Shown here piece by piece: positions 42,767 to 52,262 of a stretch of DNA of 55,665 nucleotides. The number at the start of each line of letters is the position of its first letter. Within the stretch, counting starts at the first letter, position 1. Position numbers and translations under genes: made by a program. Source of the stretch: a virus. Below the pieces are notes generated by a model. It had not been told where the DNA came from. It made no database searches and saw only the letters and a list, made by a program, of their open reading frames with translations. The stretch is from positions 1 through 55,665 of the IMG/VR virus record IMGVR_UViG_3300045988_036843; one strand, written 5' to 3'.

Positions 42767-43168
42767 TTAGTTTCGGTAAATCATTCCGTCCTCTCCGATT
42801 GTTGCCCCGTAGCTGCAATCAATCCGATAGACGGAATTGTTGTACAGCCCATTCAACGGGGCAAACGACTTGCGATAAAATTTAAGCGGTTCAAGAACAG
42901 AATCCACGATGCCAACAATGGAACGTGCTTCTGCAATGCGTCCGGTGTTCTTGTTAGAGTAGACCCGCACACGCAGGGAAACGGCGGCGTACTTGCTGTG
43001 ACCAGCAGAATCAATGTGCACAGGAAGATTGTTGTTTTCCTCTATCTGCACACACGGAAACTTCTTGACATTGCTGTCATTGATTTCACCAGTAACAAAG
43101 ATGCCGGGAACTTGCTTTCGCAGCTCCTTAGCAACGGCCGTGAAGATAGAATTGAAATAATCAATCAA
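42767..43168 (-). CDS. Tail completion/terminator protein
   Basis: 133 aa. Assigned by synteny. Confidence 0.5.
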   Translation of the reverse strand: MIDYFNSIFTAVAKELRKQVPGIFVTGEINDSNVKKFPCVQIEENNNLPVHIDSAGHSKYAAVSLRVRVYSNKNTGRIAEARSIVGIVDSVLEPLKFYRKSFAPLNGLYNNSVYRIDCSYGATIGEDGMIYRN

Positions 43169-43686
43169 CTATTCCAAACCTCCCTCCACGTTGCTTCGAC
43201 CTGAGAAGCCATTTCCTCAACAGCCCCCCACATAGCCATAGCTGGCTCGTTGCCGTCGGTGTAATTCAACTGACCTTTGCCGTCCACTTCCTTAACAGGA
43301 GTGCCAGCATTGCCGGATTCTCCGTAGTAATACCATCTGCGGTTTGCACCTTGCCCTTTGCCGTAGGAGCCATGCGCCCCAACGCCGGGCGGTAGTTCGC
43401 CGCCATATCCGTTGTGATGCGCGCCAGTGCCAAACTCGATAAAGGCAACTGCTTTGCCCTCTGCAATGATGGTGCAGGTGTTTCCGTTCTGCTCAACACG
43501 GCAAGAGACATCGTTGCTACCGGCATATTCTGCATTCGCAAAGCGAACTTTCGCCACATCAAGCCCTCTATCAGCCAACGCCCTCGCAAACTCCTGTGCT
43601 TTTTGATTCAGGGTGGTCTTGTACTCCTGTATCTGACGTTCCGCATCACGAAGTCCGGCATCGCTCAACCTCACTTTAATTTTCAC
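43165..43686 (-). CDS. HK97 gp10-like head-tail joining protein
   Basis: 173 aa. The N-terminal helical region plus FIEFGTG motif are typical of the gp10 family. Confidence 0.5.
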   Translation of the reverse strand: MKIKVRLSDAGLRDAERQIQEYKTTLNQKAQEFARALADRGLDVAKVRFANAEYAGSNDVSCRVEQNGNTCTIIAEGKAVAFIEFGTGAHHNGYGGELPPGVGAHGSYGKGQGANRRWYYYGESGNAGTPVKEVDGKGQLNYTDGNEPAMAMWGAVEEMASQVEATWREVWNS

Positions 43687-44050
43687 TTGCAGCCACCTCT
43701 TTCAGCGCATACAACGTGTCCGTGATATGCTCTGCGACCTTGACCACAATGTAGTTAAAAGGCTTTGAAACGTCCGTCTGAAACCAGACGTGCGTGCCCT
43801 CATAAAGTGGAGTGTTATGCTTTTTGCTGGATGAACTGACCACATAGCTGTAATCCGTGAACGCCCCAAAAGGGCTTGCTTCCGCAGAACCAGTAGGCGG
43901 GCTGACGTTCAGAATCAGCTTTGCAGGGTCACTCCACGTCTGCGATGTCTCGCCAGTTTCGTTTCCCCATTCGTCCACAACAGGCGTTTTCTCGCCAACA
44001 GGGTTCGAGTACCACAGCGGGCGCTTGTCCAGCGGGCTTCCATTGAACAT
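43676..44050 (-). CDS. Head closure / head-tail adaptor protein
   Basis: 124 aa. Assigned by synteny. Confidence 0.5.
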   Translation of the reverse strand: MFNGSPLDKRPLWYSNPVGEKTPVVDEWGNETGETSQTWSDPAKLILNVSPPTGSAEASPFGAFTDYSYVVSSSSKKHNTPLYEGTHVWFQTDVSKPFNYIVVKVAEHITDTLYALKEVAASEN

Positions 44051-44394
44051 CAGCCGATAACACCTACTCTCGGAACAACTTCATTCAGCAGAGACTGCGC
44101 CACATCGGAGCTTTCCCACACACGAGTGATGCCGTTGTTGGTATAGCTCGTCTGTCCATTTGCGCCGATGTGGTTATACAGTTCCGCTGCAATGCGTATC
44201 TGCAACGACTCATATTGCGAGGGCAGCTCGTCCGGTCTGTTACCAAAGGGGTAGCCCTGTGCAAATATCTTGTCTTTGGCGAAATCAAGCAGCAGGTCGA
44301 AGAGTGGGTAGTCCTCGTCCGTGATTTCACGGTCAAGTGCTGGGGCAATGTACTGCCCCAGCTTGACTGCCGATTCAGAATACTGGTCTCCCAT
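44050..44394 (-). CDS. Head-tail connector (gp6-like)
   Basis: 114 aa. Assigned from synteny after the major capsid gene and an acidic helical N-terminus. Confidence 0.5.
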   Translation of the reverse strand: MGDQYSESAVKLGQYIAPALDREITDEDYPLFDLLLDFAKDKIFAQGYPFGNRPDELPSQYESLQIRIAAELYNHIGANGQTSYTNNGITRVWESSDVAQSLLNEVVPRVGVIG

Positions 44395-44414
44395 GCTGCT
44401 TTCCTCCTTTCGCC

Positions 44415-45494
44415 TTAGTAAGCCTTGATGCAGTACACAGCGTCCATGCGCTCAAAGGACGGCAGGACGATTTCGGAAGCGTAGACGTTGGCGTTGACCG
44501 GATGAACGGTCAGCTCAGTGGTGATGGCAACGCCAGTGTTCACGATGGACACGGATGCGCCAGACTGACCAGACAGCAAGTCGGCCTCTTCAGGAGTAGT
44601 GCCGTACCAAGTGCTGCCCAGAGCGCCGGAAGGAGCAACCACCACCATGCCATCGGGCAGGTACTTCTCACTTGCGCTGTACTGGTCTGCCTTGAACATC
44701 TTGTCATAAAGATGGATGGTCAGACCGGTTGCAGATTCGATAATCTGCCGTGCTTCGGCATCCAGCAGAACAGCATTTGCCTTTGCGGTGACGGTCATGA
44801 ACCGGTTCTTCACCTCGTCCGCAGCAATCATGTTGCGGAAGGTTGCGGTGTTCATGTAAACCTCAGTCACGACCTCGCCCACGCTCGCCAGAACAGCATC
44901 CTTTGCGGCGTTCAGGTCGGCAATGGGGGTGGCGGTGGCAGCAGACCACTTAGACTTTGCGACACCACTGATATCCTTAAAGTTGGTGGACTTCCAGCCG
45001 CCGTCCGGGTCGTAGTTGTAGGTGTAGTTCACGCCGTTTGCCTTGATGGTGATGCCAGGAATGCCATTGGCGGGAGCCAGAAGCTGCCAGATCATGCGCT
45101 CAGGAACGATACGCGCACCAGTGATAAGCTGTGCGGTGTCATCGTACAGGCGGTTCATCACGTCACGAGCATAGGGGTCGTTGCTGTCAAGAACGCGCAG
45201 GATCTCCTGACGGTCTTTTTCACCCAGATGGTAGCCCTCACGGAAGAACGGCATCTCGGTCTCATCAAACTTGAAGCCCTCACGGGTGCGGAACGTAGCC
45301 TTTGCGTCAAATGCGCTGGGCATCAGAGAAACGCCAACGCCCTTGTGACCACGCAGCCACTTCAGGTCAAGGCCAGCCTTTTTCTTGGCAGGGAACAGTG
45401 CGTCAGATGCAAAGGGCATCGCATTGGTGGGGTCGTTCGTCCAATAGGCGGCAATCGCAGCCGGGGCAAAGACTTCCTTAAGATTCAGTGCCAT
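44415..45494 (-). CDS. Major capsid protein (lambda gpE-like family)
   Basis: 359 aa. N-terminal LKEVFAPAAIAAYW...ALFPAKKKAGLDLKWLRG and overall length fit the gpE-type MCP. Confidence 0.75.
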   Translation of the reverse strand: MALNLKEVFAPAAIAAYWTNDPTNAMPFASDALFPAKKKAGLDLKWLRGHKGVGVSLMPSAFDAKATFRTREGFKFDETEMPFFREGYHLGEKDRQEILRVLDSNDPYARDVMNRLYDDTAQLITGARIVPERMIWQLLAPANGIPGITIKANGVNYTYNYDPDGGWKSTNFKDISGVAKSKWSAATATPIADLNAAKDAVLASVGEVVTEVYMNTATFRNMIAADEVKNRFMTVTAKANAVLLDAEARQIIESATGLTIHLYDKMFKADQYSASEKYLPDGMVVVAPSGALGSTWYGTTPEEADLLSGQSGASVSIVNTGVAITTELTVHPVNANVYASEIVLPSFERMDAVYCIKAY

Positions 45495-45510
45495 GTTGTT
45501 TTACCTCCTA

Positions 45511-45855
45511 TTAAGCGTTTACGCTGATGTTGTCACGGCAGAAGATGCCAGGAATGGCAGTCTTAAGCGCAGTGACCGCATCAGAATCATAGGTAAAGCC
45601 GGAGCTTGCAGCGGCCTTCTTGGTGTCGATAACGCCACGAATCAGCAGAGCGGCATTGGGGTTTTCTGCCGGGTCAACGTCATACAGCAAAATGCCGTCT
45701 GCCGTGGCAGAGGTTGCTTTCTTGCCAGCTTTGGTCATGGGATAGCCAGCCTTAACCGCAGCAGTTTCGGTCACGGTAAAGGGAATGGCAGTGTAGTCAT
45801 TGGAAGCAAGGATGGTATCGTTGATTCCGTTGACCGTGTTTCGGGTAAACTTCAT
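45511..45855 (-). CDS. Head decoration protein-like
   Basis: ORF track 45511..45882. ATG 45855 behind an AAGGAGG RBS. Lies between scaffold and MCP, as lambda gpD does. Confidence 0.45.
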   Translation of the reverse strand: MKFTRNTVNGINDTILASNDYTAIPFTVTETAAVKAGYPMTKAGKKATSATADGILLYDVDPAENPNAALLIRGVIDTKKAAASSGFTYDSDAVTALKTAIPGIFCRDNISVNA

Positions 45856-45868
45856 GTTTTCCTCCTTG

Positions 45869-46450
45869 TTAATGGAAAGCACTCATTGCGTCACTCGATG
45901 CCTTAGAAGCATTTGCGTTCTGCTGTGCAAGGCTCTTGGCAAACGCCACGCCCTCACTGTCAGAGCCGCCCTTGCCATCCGCACCCGGAGGTGTGGGCAT
46001 ATCCTTCAGCAGAGAAGCCTTGTATGCGGTGTCGTGGGCGGTCATAAACTCCGACTGGAACTTAAACACCTTGTCCATGTCACCGTCAGCCAGTGCAGAT
46101 GCGGCTTTGTTGGCAAGTTCAGCGTCATAACCCTGTGCAACGAACTTCTCACGGTAAGATGCAAGGGTCTTTTCCTTAACGAGGTTCTCTTTGTCGGCAG
46201 TCAGGGCTTCAATCTGCTTCTGCATCTCTTCCAGCCTGTCAGCCTGTTCCTGTGCAGCATTCTCGTCATCGGTACGCTTTGCCTTGAGCTGCTTCTTGTA
46301 CTCAGCAGCTTCGCCGTTGGCTTTCGTCACGGCGTTGCGCAGCTTCTCGACCTCTGCGTTAGGGTCTGCAACCTTTTCAAGCGCAGAGATGATTTCATCG
46401 GCGGTCATGCCCTCTTTGTAGGCATCACCAAGCAACACATTGAGTTTCAT
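45869..46450 (-). CDS. Scaffolding protein
   Basis: ORF track 45869..46495. ATG 46450 behind an AGGAGG RBS. Helical, Ala/Lys/Glu-rich. Confidence 0.65.
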   Translation of the reverse strand: MKLNVLLGDAYKEGMTADEIISALEKVADPNAEVEKLRNAVTKANGEAAEYKKQLKAKRTDDENAAQEQADRLEEMQKQIEALTADKENLVKEKTLASYREKFVAQGYDAELANKAASALADGDMDKVFKFQSEFMTAHDTAYKASLLKDMPTPPGADGKGGSDSEGVAFAKSLAQQNANASKASSDAMSAFH

Positions 46451-46544
46451 ATCGTTAATTTCCTCCTGCGTTTTTTTACCGTTGCTTCCCTGCAACGCTG
46501 CGAAATTTATATCCCGGCTTCCCTGCCGTGTTTATGGCAAAGGA

Positions 46545-48059
46545 CTATTCGCCCTCTGTTTCTTTATTGGTATCGGTAGTCTGTTTGTCTTCCGTGTTCC
46601 CGACATTTGCGTCGGTAGCATTCTGTTTGGGCTGTTCCTGCGGCTTCGGTGCTTTCCCATCTTCGCCCAGCTTGCCAGCGGCAATCAGGAAGGGCTTGCT
46701 CATTTCGTAAGCAGCCTGCGGGTCAGGAAACAGACCGGGCGTGGTGAACGCCAACTGCGGGTCAATCGGCTGCTGAATCATCTGCGCAAAAATCTGAACC
46801 TTGCTCTGCTGGTTATCGTACTGACGGCGGGGCAGTTTGATGTTGATGTCACTCGCCATCAGCTTAGAACCAGCCGTGTCACGCAGGATTTTAAGCATTA
46901 CAGACAGGCTTTGGCGTTCCGAGAACTTGAACATATTCTCGTACTGCTGCGCCCTTGCTTCTGTGTGATTCCAGCCGTTGCGGACGATGACTGCGCCCAC
47001 GTTGTCGGACGTTGCGTTCTCGCTACCAGTAGCACTGGGCATGGCGGTCAGGCTGCGGTACACATTCAACATGGAATCAAGCAAAGTCTGGCTCTGCTGC
47101 TGGTCAAGCTCGTTTGCAATCTGCGAAACGGAGGCGGGCAAGCTGGTTGTAGATTTCAAGCACATTGCCCCAAGTTCTTTGACCTGTTTCAGTGCGTTAT
47201 CATCCACAAGACAGTTGGTAAATACCATGATGGACTGGATGAACTGCGCTACACCGTCCAGACGGTTGCTTTCAAGGTCGTTGATGGCATCCAGAACGGG
47301 AATAGCCGGTTCAAACAGACCCATTCGTTCCGGGTTCAGCTTGTATTCGACCATCGGCAACATTCCAAGAGAATGGTTCTCAGACTTTGTAACCTTGCCG
47401 TTGTCGATTTCAAAGTACTGGTTTGGCGTATACACACAAATCAGGTCGTTCAGGTCATTCTGATAATTGCGTGGGATGTGCAGCACGTTGGCAATAGGCT
47501 TGTGCCCGATGCCGGAGTTGTAAATCACATACGCCATGTCGGGGTCGGGAACGTCAACCAGCAGGGGCGTTTCGTCCGGGTAGTTGCCGCCATACCCCTT
47601 GTCAGGAAGAACAATCCGGTATCCCTGTCCGCATTCCAACATCCACTGCCAGAGCCGCCGATCAAGTGCATCTTTACCCTCATACTGCAAGGCGTTAGAC
47701 AGCCGGGCGATTTCCTCACCGTCACCTGTTGCCGTTTCAGACCGCACATAAGAGCAGGGAGTGCCGCTCATGTAGCCTGTGTAGAAGCCCACGCACTCAT
47801 TGGCGTGGTTCTCTACAATGCGGTTCGTGATTTCCGCGTGGTATTCCTTCGTGCGGTGGAGGACTGGCTGGCTACCCAAGTAGTAGTTGTGCAGAAAGCG
47901 AATCTCGTTCTTATTCAGCAGATGAATAGGCTCTGCCTTACCCATGACCACTTTCAGCACGTTCTCCCGATTGATTTCCGTCTCCGGTGTTTCAATCGGT
48001 CTGCGTCCGGTCAGCGGATTATTCAAAAAGCCGCAAACGACCATCTGATACTCAGCCAT
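46545..48059 (-). CDS. Portal protein (SPP1 gp6-like)
   Basis: ORF track 46545..48143. ATG 48059 behind an AAAGGAGGAA RBS. 504 aa, with the acidic/polar C-terminal tail typical of portals. Confidence 0.8.
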   Translation of the reverse strand: MAEYQMVVCGFLNNPLTGRRPIETPETEINRENVLKVVMGKAEPIHLLNKNEIRFLHNYYLGSQPVLHRTKEYHAEITNRIVENHANECVGFYTGYMSGTPCSYVRSETATGDGEEIARLSNALQYEGKDALDRRLWQWMLECGQGYRIVLPDKGYGGNYPDETPLLVDVPDPDMAYVIYNSGIGHKPIANVLHIPRNYQNDLNDLICVYTPNQYFEIDNGKVTKSENHSLGMLPMVEYKLNPERMGLFEPAIPVLDAINDLESNRLDGVAQFIQSIMVFTNCLVDDNALKQVKELGAMCLKSTTSLPASVSQIANELDQQQSQTLLDSMLNVYRSLTAMPSATGSENATSDNVGAVIVRNGWNHTEARAQQYENMFKFSERQSLSVMLKILRDTAGSKLMASDINIKLPRRQYDNQQSKVQIFAQMIQQPIDPQLAFTTPGLFPDPQAAYEMSKPFLIAAGKLGEDGKAPKPQEQPKQNATDANVGNTEDKQTTDTNKETEGE

Positions 48060-48150
48060 GTGTTCCTCCTTTCCGGAAAAATAAAAAGCGCAGCAAGAAA
48101 ACCTGTTAAGGTCTATCTCACTGCGCTTACAACTGCGCTTCAAAAGCTAT

Positions 48151-48339
48151 TCAGTTTTTAAACTTTGGTACGGAGACCCATGTATCTTTTGGAAGGTTGG
48201 AATCTCCAATTGTAATCCAATGGCAAAGAGGACACAGAAGGGAGAACTTACCTTCCACTTCGCCAAGATAACGTCCGCAATCACATGGATTGCCGTTTGC
48301 GTCTTTTCGAGGACGCTTGCATCTGACTTTTGCTACCAT
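48151..48339 (-). CDS. Zn-ribbon protein (Mu Com-like pattern)
   Basis: 62 aa. CDCGRYLGEVEGKFSLLCPLCH. AAAGGAG RBS. Confidence 0.45.
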   Translation of the reverse strand: MVAKVRCKRPRKDANGNPCDCGRYLGEVEGKFSLLCPLCHWITIGDSNLPKDTWVSVPKFKN

Positions 48340-48501
48340 CTGTGCTCCTTTCGTTGGATTCCTGGAAACAGGCTGTTGAGCACAGACCTGTCAGAAGCTG
48401 CTGGGAAACTGTTCGCACTTCCAGCTGTGCTATTCCTCTGCCCAGAGAAAGCCATTGCAGCTTTTTTGGTCTACTTGCGGACAGACGCTTGGCTGCAATT
48501 T

Positions 48502-48579
48502 TGGTGCTGCATAATGGATTTGAACCAGTGTATGCCCGGTTATGAGCCGGGTGCTCTAGCCATACTGAGCTAATGCAAC
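48502..48579 (-). tRNA. tRNA with anticodon CAT (Met or Ile2), CCA encoded
   Basis: Hand fold: acceptor GTTGCAT/ATGCAGC, D arm GCTC-AGTATGGCTA-GAGC, anticodon arm CCCGG-CTCATAA-CCGGG, T loop TTCAAAT (one T-stem mismatch), then ACCA. Confidence 0.75.
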
Positions 48580-48712
48580 ATAAAGACCCAGCTTGATTCA
48601 TCGTTGCTCTTTGAAATGGTAAAATGTCACAAAACCCATTTCATCGAGAGCCGGGAATAACGATTGGAGGTTGTAAAAGGAAAATTTCTATGAAAGCAAA
48701 AGTGAATCGTTG

Positions 48713-48796
48713 TGCTGCGTGACGGATTTGAACCGCCTTATTCTGGAAGTCAAGATTTGAAGGGCGAACCAGACCCCATCCAACACGGGACGCAAC
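48713..48796 (-). ncRNA. tRNA-like element (84 nt) with canonical acceptor and T arms but a non-canonical core
   Basis: Acceptor GTTGCGT/ACGCAGC (one base different from the neighbouring tRNA) and T arm GGCGG-TTCAAAT-CCGTC. The 52-nt core contains CTTCAAAT but I could not fold it into D and anticodon arms. No CCA is encoded. Confidence 0.4.
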
Positions 48797-48988
48797 TTAT
48801 ATATCCCAGCAATGGGAAAGAGTGTGGAAACCATTGCTGGGCAGAAAGGAGAACGCCTACAAAGCATTCAGCTCGGAGCCGTAAAGCGTGTAGCAGGCAT
48901 CATGCCGGAGCCGCCAACTCCTTACATACATTATACCAAAAACAACGCTGTAAAGTCAATAAATTAAATTATACGTTACAACTTTTTT

Positions 48989-50656
48989 TCAAAATGGCCT
49001 TTTTATAGGTTCAATTTTGCTGATTCCGTTGTAAAGTTCATCGGCAAGCTGTGCCAGACTGTCCGGCGCATCATCGTGCGGGACTTTGCCAAGCTGCGTA
49101 AACATCGTTAACTGTTCCATGAACGCCTTGTACTCTTTCGACTGGTGTTTTTCGTCAAGGAAATAGAACCGTTTGATGTCCGGCGCATACTGGATGATTC
49201 TTGACAGCTTGCTTTGGCCACTGGGCGCACGTTGACTGCGAACAGAGCAGTGATAGCCTTGCTGCCGAAGCATACTGTCTATACTATCGCAGTATTCATC
49301 GCCACCATTATTGGCTTCACCTCTGTATGTGTTCAATTTATGTTGAATAATTTTTCCGACCGTTTCAGGCTTGGTAACGGTTTTATCGCCATTATTGAAA
49401 ACAACATCGGGAATAAACACAGAACCATTATAAACATAGGCGATGGGGCCGGATGTAAAATCGCCGCCGCCCCAAGCAATATCTTCGACCATGAGCTTAC
49501 GATCAGGCTCTCCGTCAGGCAGAACGCCGTTGAAATACCGCAGTTCATCGGCAGGGAACAACAAGCCTTCACGCACATAGGGCTTGCCCATGTATTTTGC
49601 CCACCATGTTGCATCATCAATGCTGGCTTTCATATCGGCGTAGTAGGCATCGTCAAAGCCCACACCATAGTCATAATTGAAGTTGCTGTGTCCGTTCTCG
49701 TCCACCGCAGGAATCACCCGGAATCTGTACTTCGGATTGTCTGCATACTGGTTCTGAATACGCCCCAGAGGGTCAAGCACGTTCCAGCGTGTACCAACCA
49801 TCAGCTCCAATGCTCCCTGCTTTTTGCGGTCTTTCAGCTGGTTCAGGTAGGCATCGTACTTGTTGTTCAGACGCTCAACATTCAGGCTTTCCTCCAAGTC
49901 CTCAATCAAGTCATCACTGTACAGAACGCCGCCCTCGCCAATTTCAACAGCACCAGTCAACGTACCGCCGATCGAGCGGCAAGTCAGGGTAGGGAAACGC
50001 TTCTTTCGGCTCAGGTCAACGCTTTCATCCTTTGCGCTTTTGTCCACAAGCTGAACTTCAGGGAAGATTTTCCCCCAGTTGTAAGTCACAGGGTCGGTGA
50101 TGATGGACAGCACTTCGCCGTAGAAGCCGTTGGTCAGCTTGTCAGAATGCCCGCTCATAACCGATGCAACGTCAGGGCGGTTGCCCATTAGCCATGTGAT
50201 AAAAAATATACAGAGCGTACTTTTTCCAGTACGCGGGGGCTGACTTACCCCAAGAAATTCTACACGGTGGAAAAACAAGTCCTCTAGGTCACGAACCAAC
50301 GTCAGAAGCACCTTTCTGCGTGGCTGGTAGAACTTCTTCTCCGGCGCACGATTCCATTCAAGGTAGATGCAATAGCTGTCAAACACATCTTTTGCTTCAA
50401 ACAGGTACGTCCGGCCGATAATGTCATAGACCTTTGCCACATCCTCGCCTGTTTTCATCTTGCCCATCATGGCTGCGCAGACAGAACGCAGTTCACCAGA
50501 GTATTTGTAGGCATCGAACCGCTTGTCTTGCGGCAGAACATCTCTCAGGTTCACCACCGCCTGAAACCAGTCCTCGTAGACCTGTGCTTCGGTCGGATTC
50601 TGCTTTGCATACGCTTTGATGCTGTCAATGATAGCGATACACTGTTTTGGCTGCAT
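48989..50656 (-). CDS. terL: Terminase large subunit
   Basis: ORF track 48989..50710. ATG 50656 (MQPKQ). Walker A QPPRTGKST and a C-terminal nuclease-like domain. Confidence 0.85.
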   Translation of the reverse strand: MQPKQCIAIIDSIKAYAKQNPTEAQVYEDWFQAVVNLRDVLPQDKRFDAYKYSGELRSVCAAMMGKMKTGEDVAKVYDIIGRTYLFEAKDVFDSYCIYLEWNRAPEKKFYQPRRKVLLTLVRDLEDLFFHRVEFLGVSQPPRTGKSTLCIFFITWLMGNRPDVASVMSGHSDKLTNGFYGEVLSIITDPVTYNWGKIFPEVQLVDKSAKDESVDLSRKKRFPTLTCRSIGGTLTGAVEIGEGGVLYSDDLIEDLEESLNVERLNNKYDAYLNQLKDRKKQGALELMVGTRWNVLDPLGRIQNQYADNPKYRFRVIPAVDENGHSNFNYDYGVGFDDAYYADMKASIDDATWWAKYMGKPYVREGLLFPADELRYFNGVLPDGEPDRKLMVEDIAWGGGDFTSGPIAYVYNGSVFIPDVVFNNGDKTVTKPETVGKIIQHKLNTYRGEANNGGDEYCDSIDSMLRQQGYHCSVRSQRAPSGQSKLSRIIQYAPDIKRFYFLDEKHQSKEYKAFMEQLTMFTQLGKVPHDDAPDSLAQLADELYNGISKIEPIKRPF

Positions 50657-50768
50657 AAAAAAATAGGCACCCCCTACCTGAAAATGTAAAGAGTGCCTAC
50701 AACTGCACAAAAATCAAATATTCAGCTTTATAATGCTGCTTTAGAAATTTTCTTTATTGACTCGATTT

Positions 50769-50966
50769 TCAAATTCCTTCCGCTGCTTTGATGGCAGCAC
50801 GAACTAATTTATATACGCAAAACTCTCTGTTCTCCCAAGTGGACTTTCGACATTCTTCTGCACACTGAATAATATCCAAAAGGCTCCCTCCGTTCATCAT
50901 TTGAGTCAAAATACGAATATCTTCTTCACTCCACCACTCCGGGACTTTCACAGCTTTGTTGTCCAT
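50769..50966 (-). CDS. Hypothetical protein (65 aa)
   Basis: ORF track 50769..50984. ATG 50966 behind a GAAGGAG RBS. Confidence 0.5.
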   Translation of the reverse strand: MDNKAVKVPEWWSEEDIRILTQMMNGGSLLDIIQCAEECRKSTWENREFCVYKLVRAAIKAAEGI

Positions 50967-51001
50967 ATTTTCTCCTTCGCACAAAAATAAAATACTCGGT
51001 T

Positions 51002-52216
51002 TTATTCTCCAGCTTTGAAATTGTAAATCGGCTTAATATGCTTTACAATATCAACGGTTGGAGAGATTGCGTTGATAATTTCCTGCGCTGGCTTATATGC
51101 CATCGGGCATTCATCCAACGTGGATTCATCGGCTGACGTAGTATAAATGCCGTTCATTTGCTTTTGGTATTCCTCAACGCTGAATGCTTTTTTAGCCGCT
51201 GTTCTGCTATATAGTCTGCCAGCACCATGCGGAGCAGAGAAATTCCAATCAGGATTTCCCTTACCAACACAGATAAGGCTTCCATCTCTCATATTAAGAG
51301 GAATAATCAGCTTCTCGCCCTCTCTAGCGGATACAGAGCCTTTTCGGATAATATCATCCGATTCATCAATATAGTTATGAACGGTTTCAAAGAAGGACGC
51401 ATGGGTCAGCATAGAGTCAATTCCAACACCATCTAAAATAGTGTGCATAATTCTCGCTCGATTCATGCTCGCAAAAGCCTGACAAATCCGCATATCGTTA
51501 AGGTAAGAATCGCGTTCTTTACCTTCGAGATAGCAAAGCTCATTCGGAATATCAGGGAACCGAATATCCAGCTCTTTGATTTTTTGCGAAATTTCCTGTT
51601 CACGACCTTGCTCTTTCAGTTCCGCAATCAGACGTTCCGTAGCTTCTTTTCTTTTGTTCTTTCCTTTGATATTTGAGATAGCTACGCTTTGATGATACTC
51701 TGCAACTTGCTTGCCAAGATTTCGGCTTCCAGTATGGATAACAAGGTACTGGTTTCTTTCTTCGTCTTCGTCCAGCTCGATAAAATGATTGCCGCCGCCC
51801 AAAGTACCCATACTGCGAAGAATCCAGTCAACATTATGTAGACTATCTTTGCATTCAAGCTGGCTAAGGAAAGCATCCGACATTTTCTGCGATTCATGAA
51901 CATTCATTCCAGCCGGAACTCGTTCTCTAATCACTTTATCTAACTTTTTTGGGTCAATGTGTTCAATTCCAAGCTCAGCGACAAGCATTCCGCAACCAAT
52001 GTCCACGCCCACAATATTCGGGATGACTTTCTTGCCCAAATCTGCCGTAAAGCCAATTACGCACCCAGAACCGGCGTGAACGTCTGGCATAATACGAATC
52101 TTGCATCCGTCAACAAAGCTCTGATTGCAAAGCGTCAAAATCTGCTCAGCCGCTTTATCTTCAATATTGTCTGTAAACACCTTTGCGGACGCATATTTTC
52201 CTTCAATCGTTTTCAA
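51002..52216 (-). CDS. rtcB: RtcB-family RNA 3'-phosphate ligase
   Basis: ORF track 51002..52276. A TTG start at 52216 behind an AAAGGAG RBS is preferred. Motifs DVHAGSG, GGGNHFIELD, HTGSRNLG, APHGAGR. Confidence 0.85.
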   Translation of the reverse strand: MKTIEGKYASAKVFTDNIEDKAAEQILTLCNQSFVDGCKIRIMPDVHAGSGCVIGFTADLGKKVIPNIVGVDIGCGMLVAELGIEHIDPKKLDKVIRERVPAGMNVHESQKMSDAFLSQLECKDSLHNVDWILRSMGTLGGGNHFIELDEDEERNQYLVIHTGSRNLGKQVAEYHQSVAISNIKGKNKRKEATERLIAELKEQGREQEISQKIKELDIRFPDIPNELCYLEGKERDSYLNDMRICQAFASMNRARIMHTILDGVGIDSMLTHASFFETVHNYIDESDDIIRKGSVSAREGEKLIIPLNMRDGSLICVGKGNPDWNFSAPHGAGRLYSRTAAKKAFSVEEYQKQMNGIYTTSADESTLDECPMAYKPAQEIINAISPTVDIVKHIKPIYNFKAGE

Positions 52217-52262
52217 CTTGTTCTCCTTTCTTATTCGATTTTGTTTTAGGTTGCGAACAATG

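Noticed and set aside
46440-48161. 573-aa plus-strand ORF. Similar long antisense ORFs occur at 19475..20398, 30029..30820, 30883..31638, 39518..40477, 41037..42071, 44502..45527 and 49214..50191.
   Set aside because: All are mirror frames of confidently assigned minus-strand genes (portal, lysin, tape measure, capsid, terminase) in GC-rich DNA, and none has a recognisable motif.
48713-48796. tRNA-Sec or a genuine opal-suppressor tRNA
   Set aside because: The CTTCAAAT string is present, but I could not build the 8/5 acceptor/T geometry, a 6-bp D stem or a 5-bp anticodon stem around it. It is kept only as a tRNA-like element.
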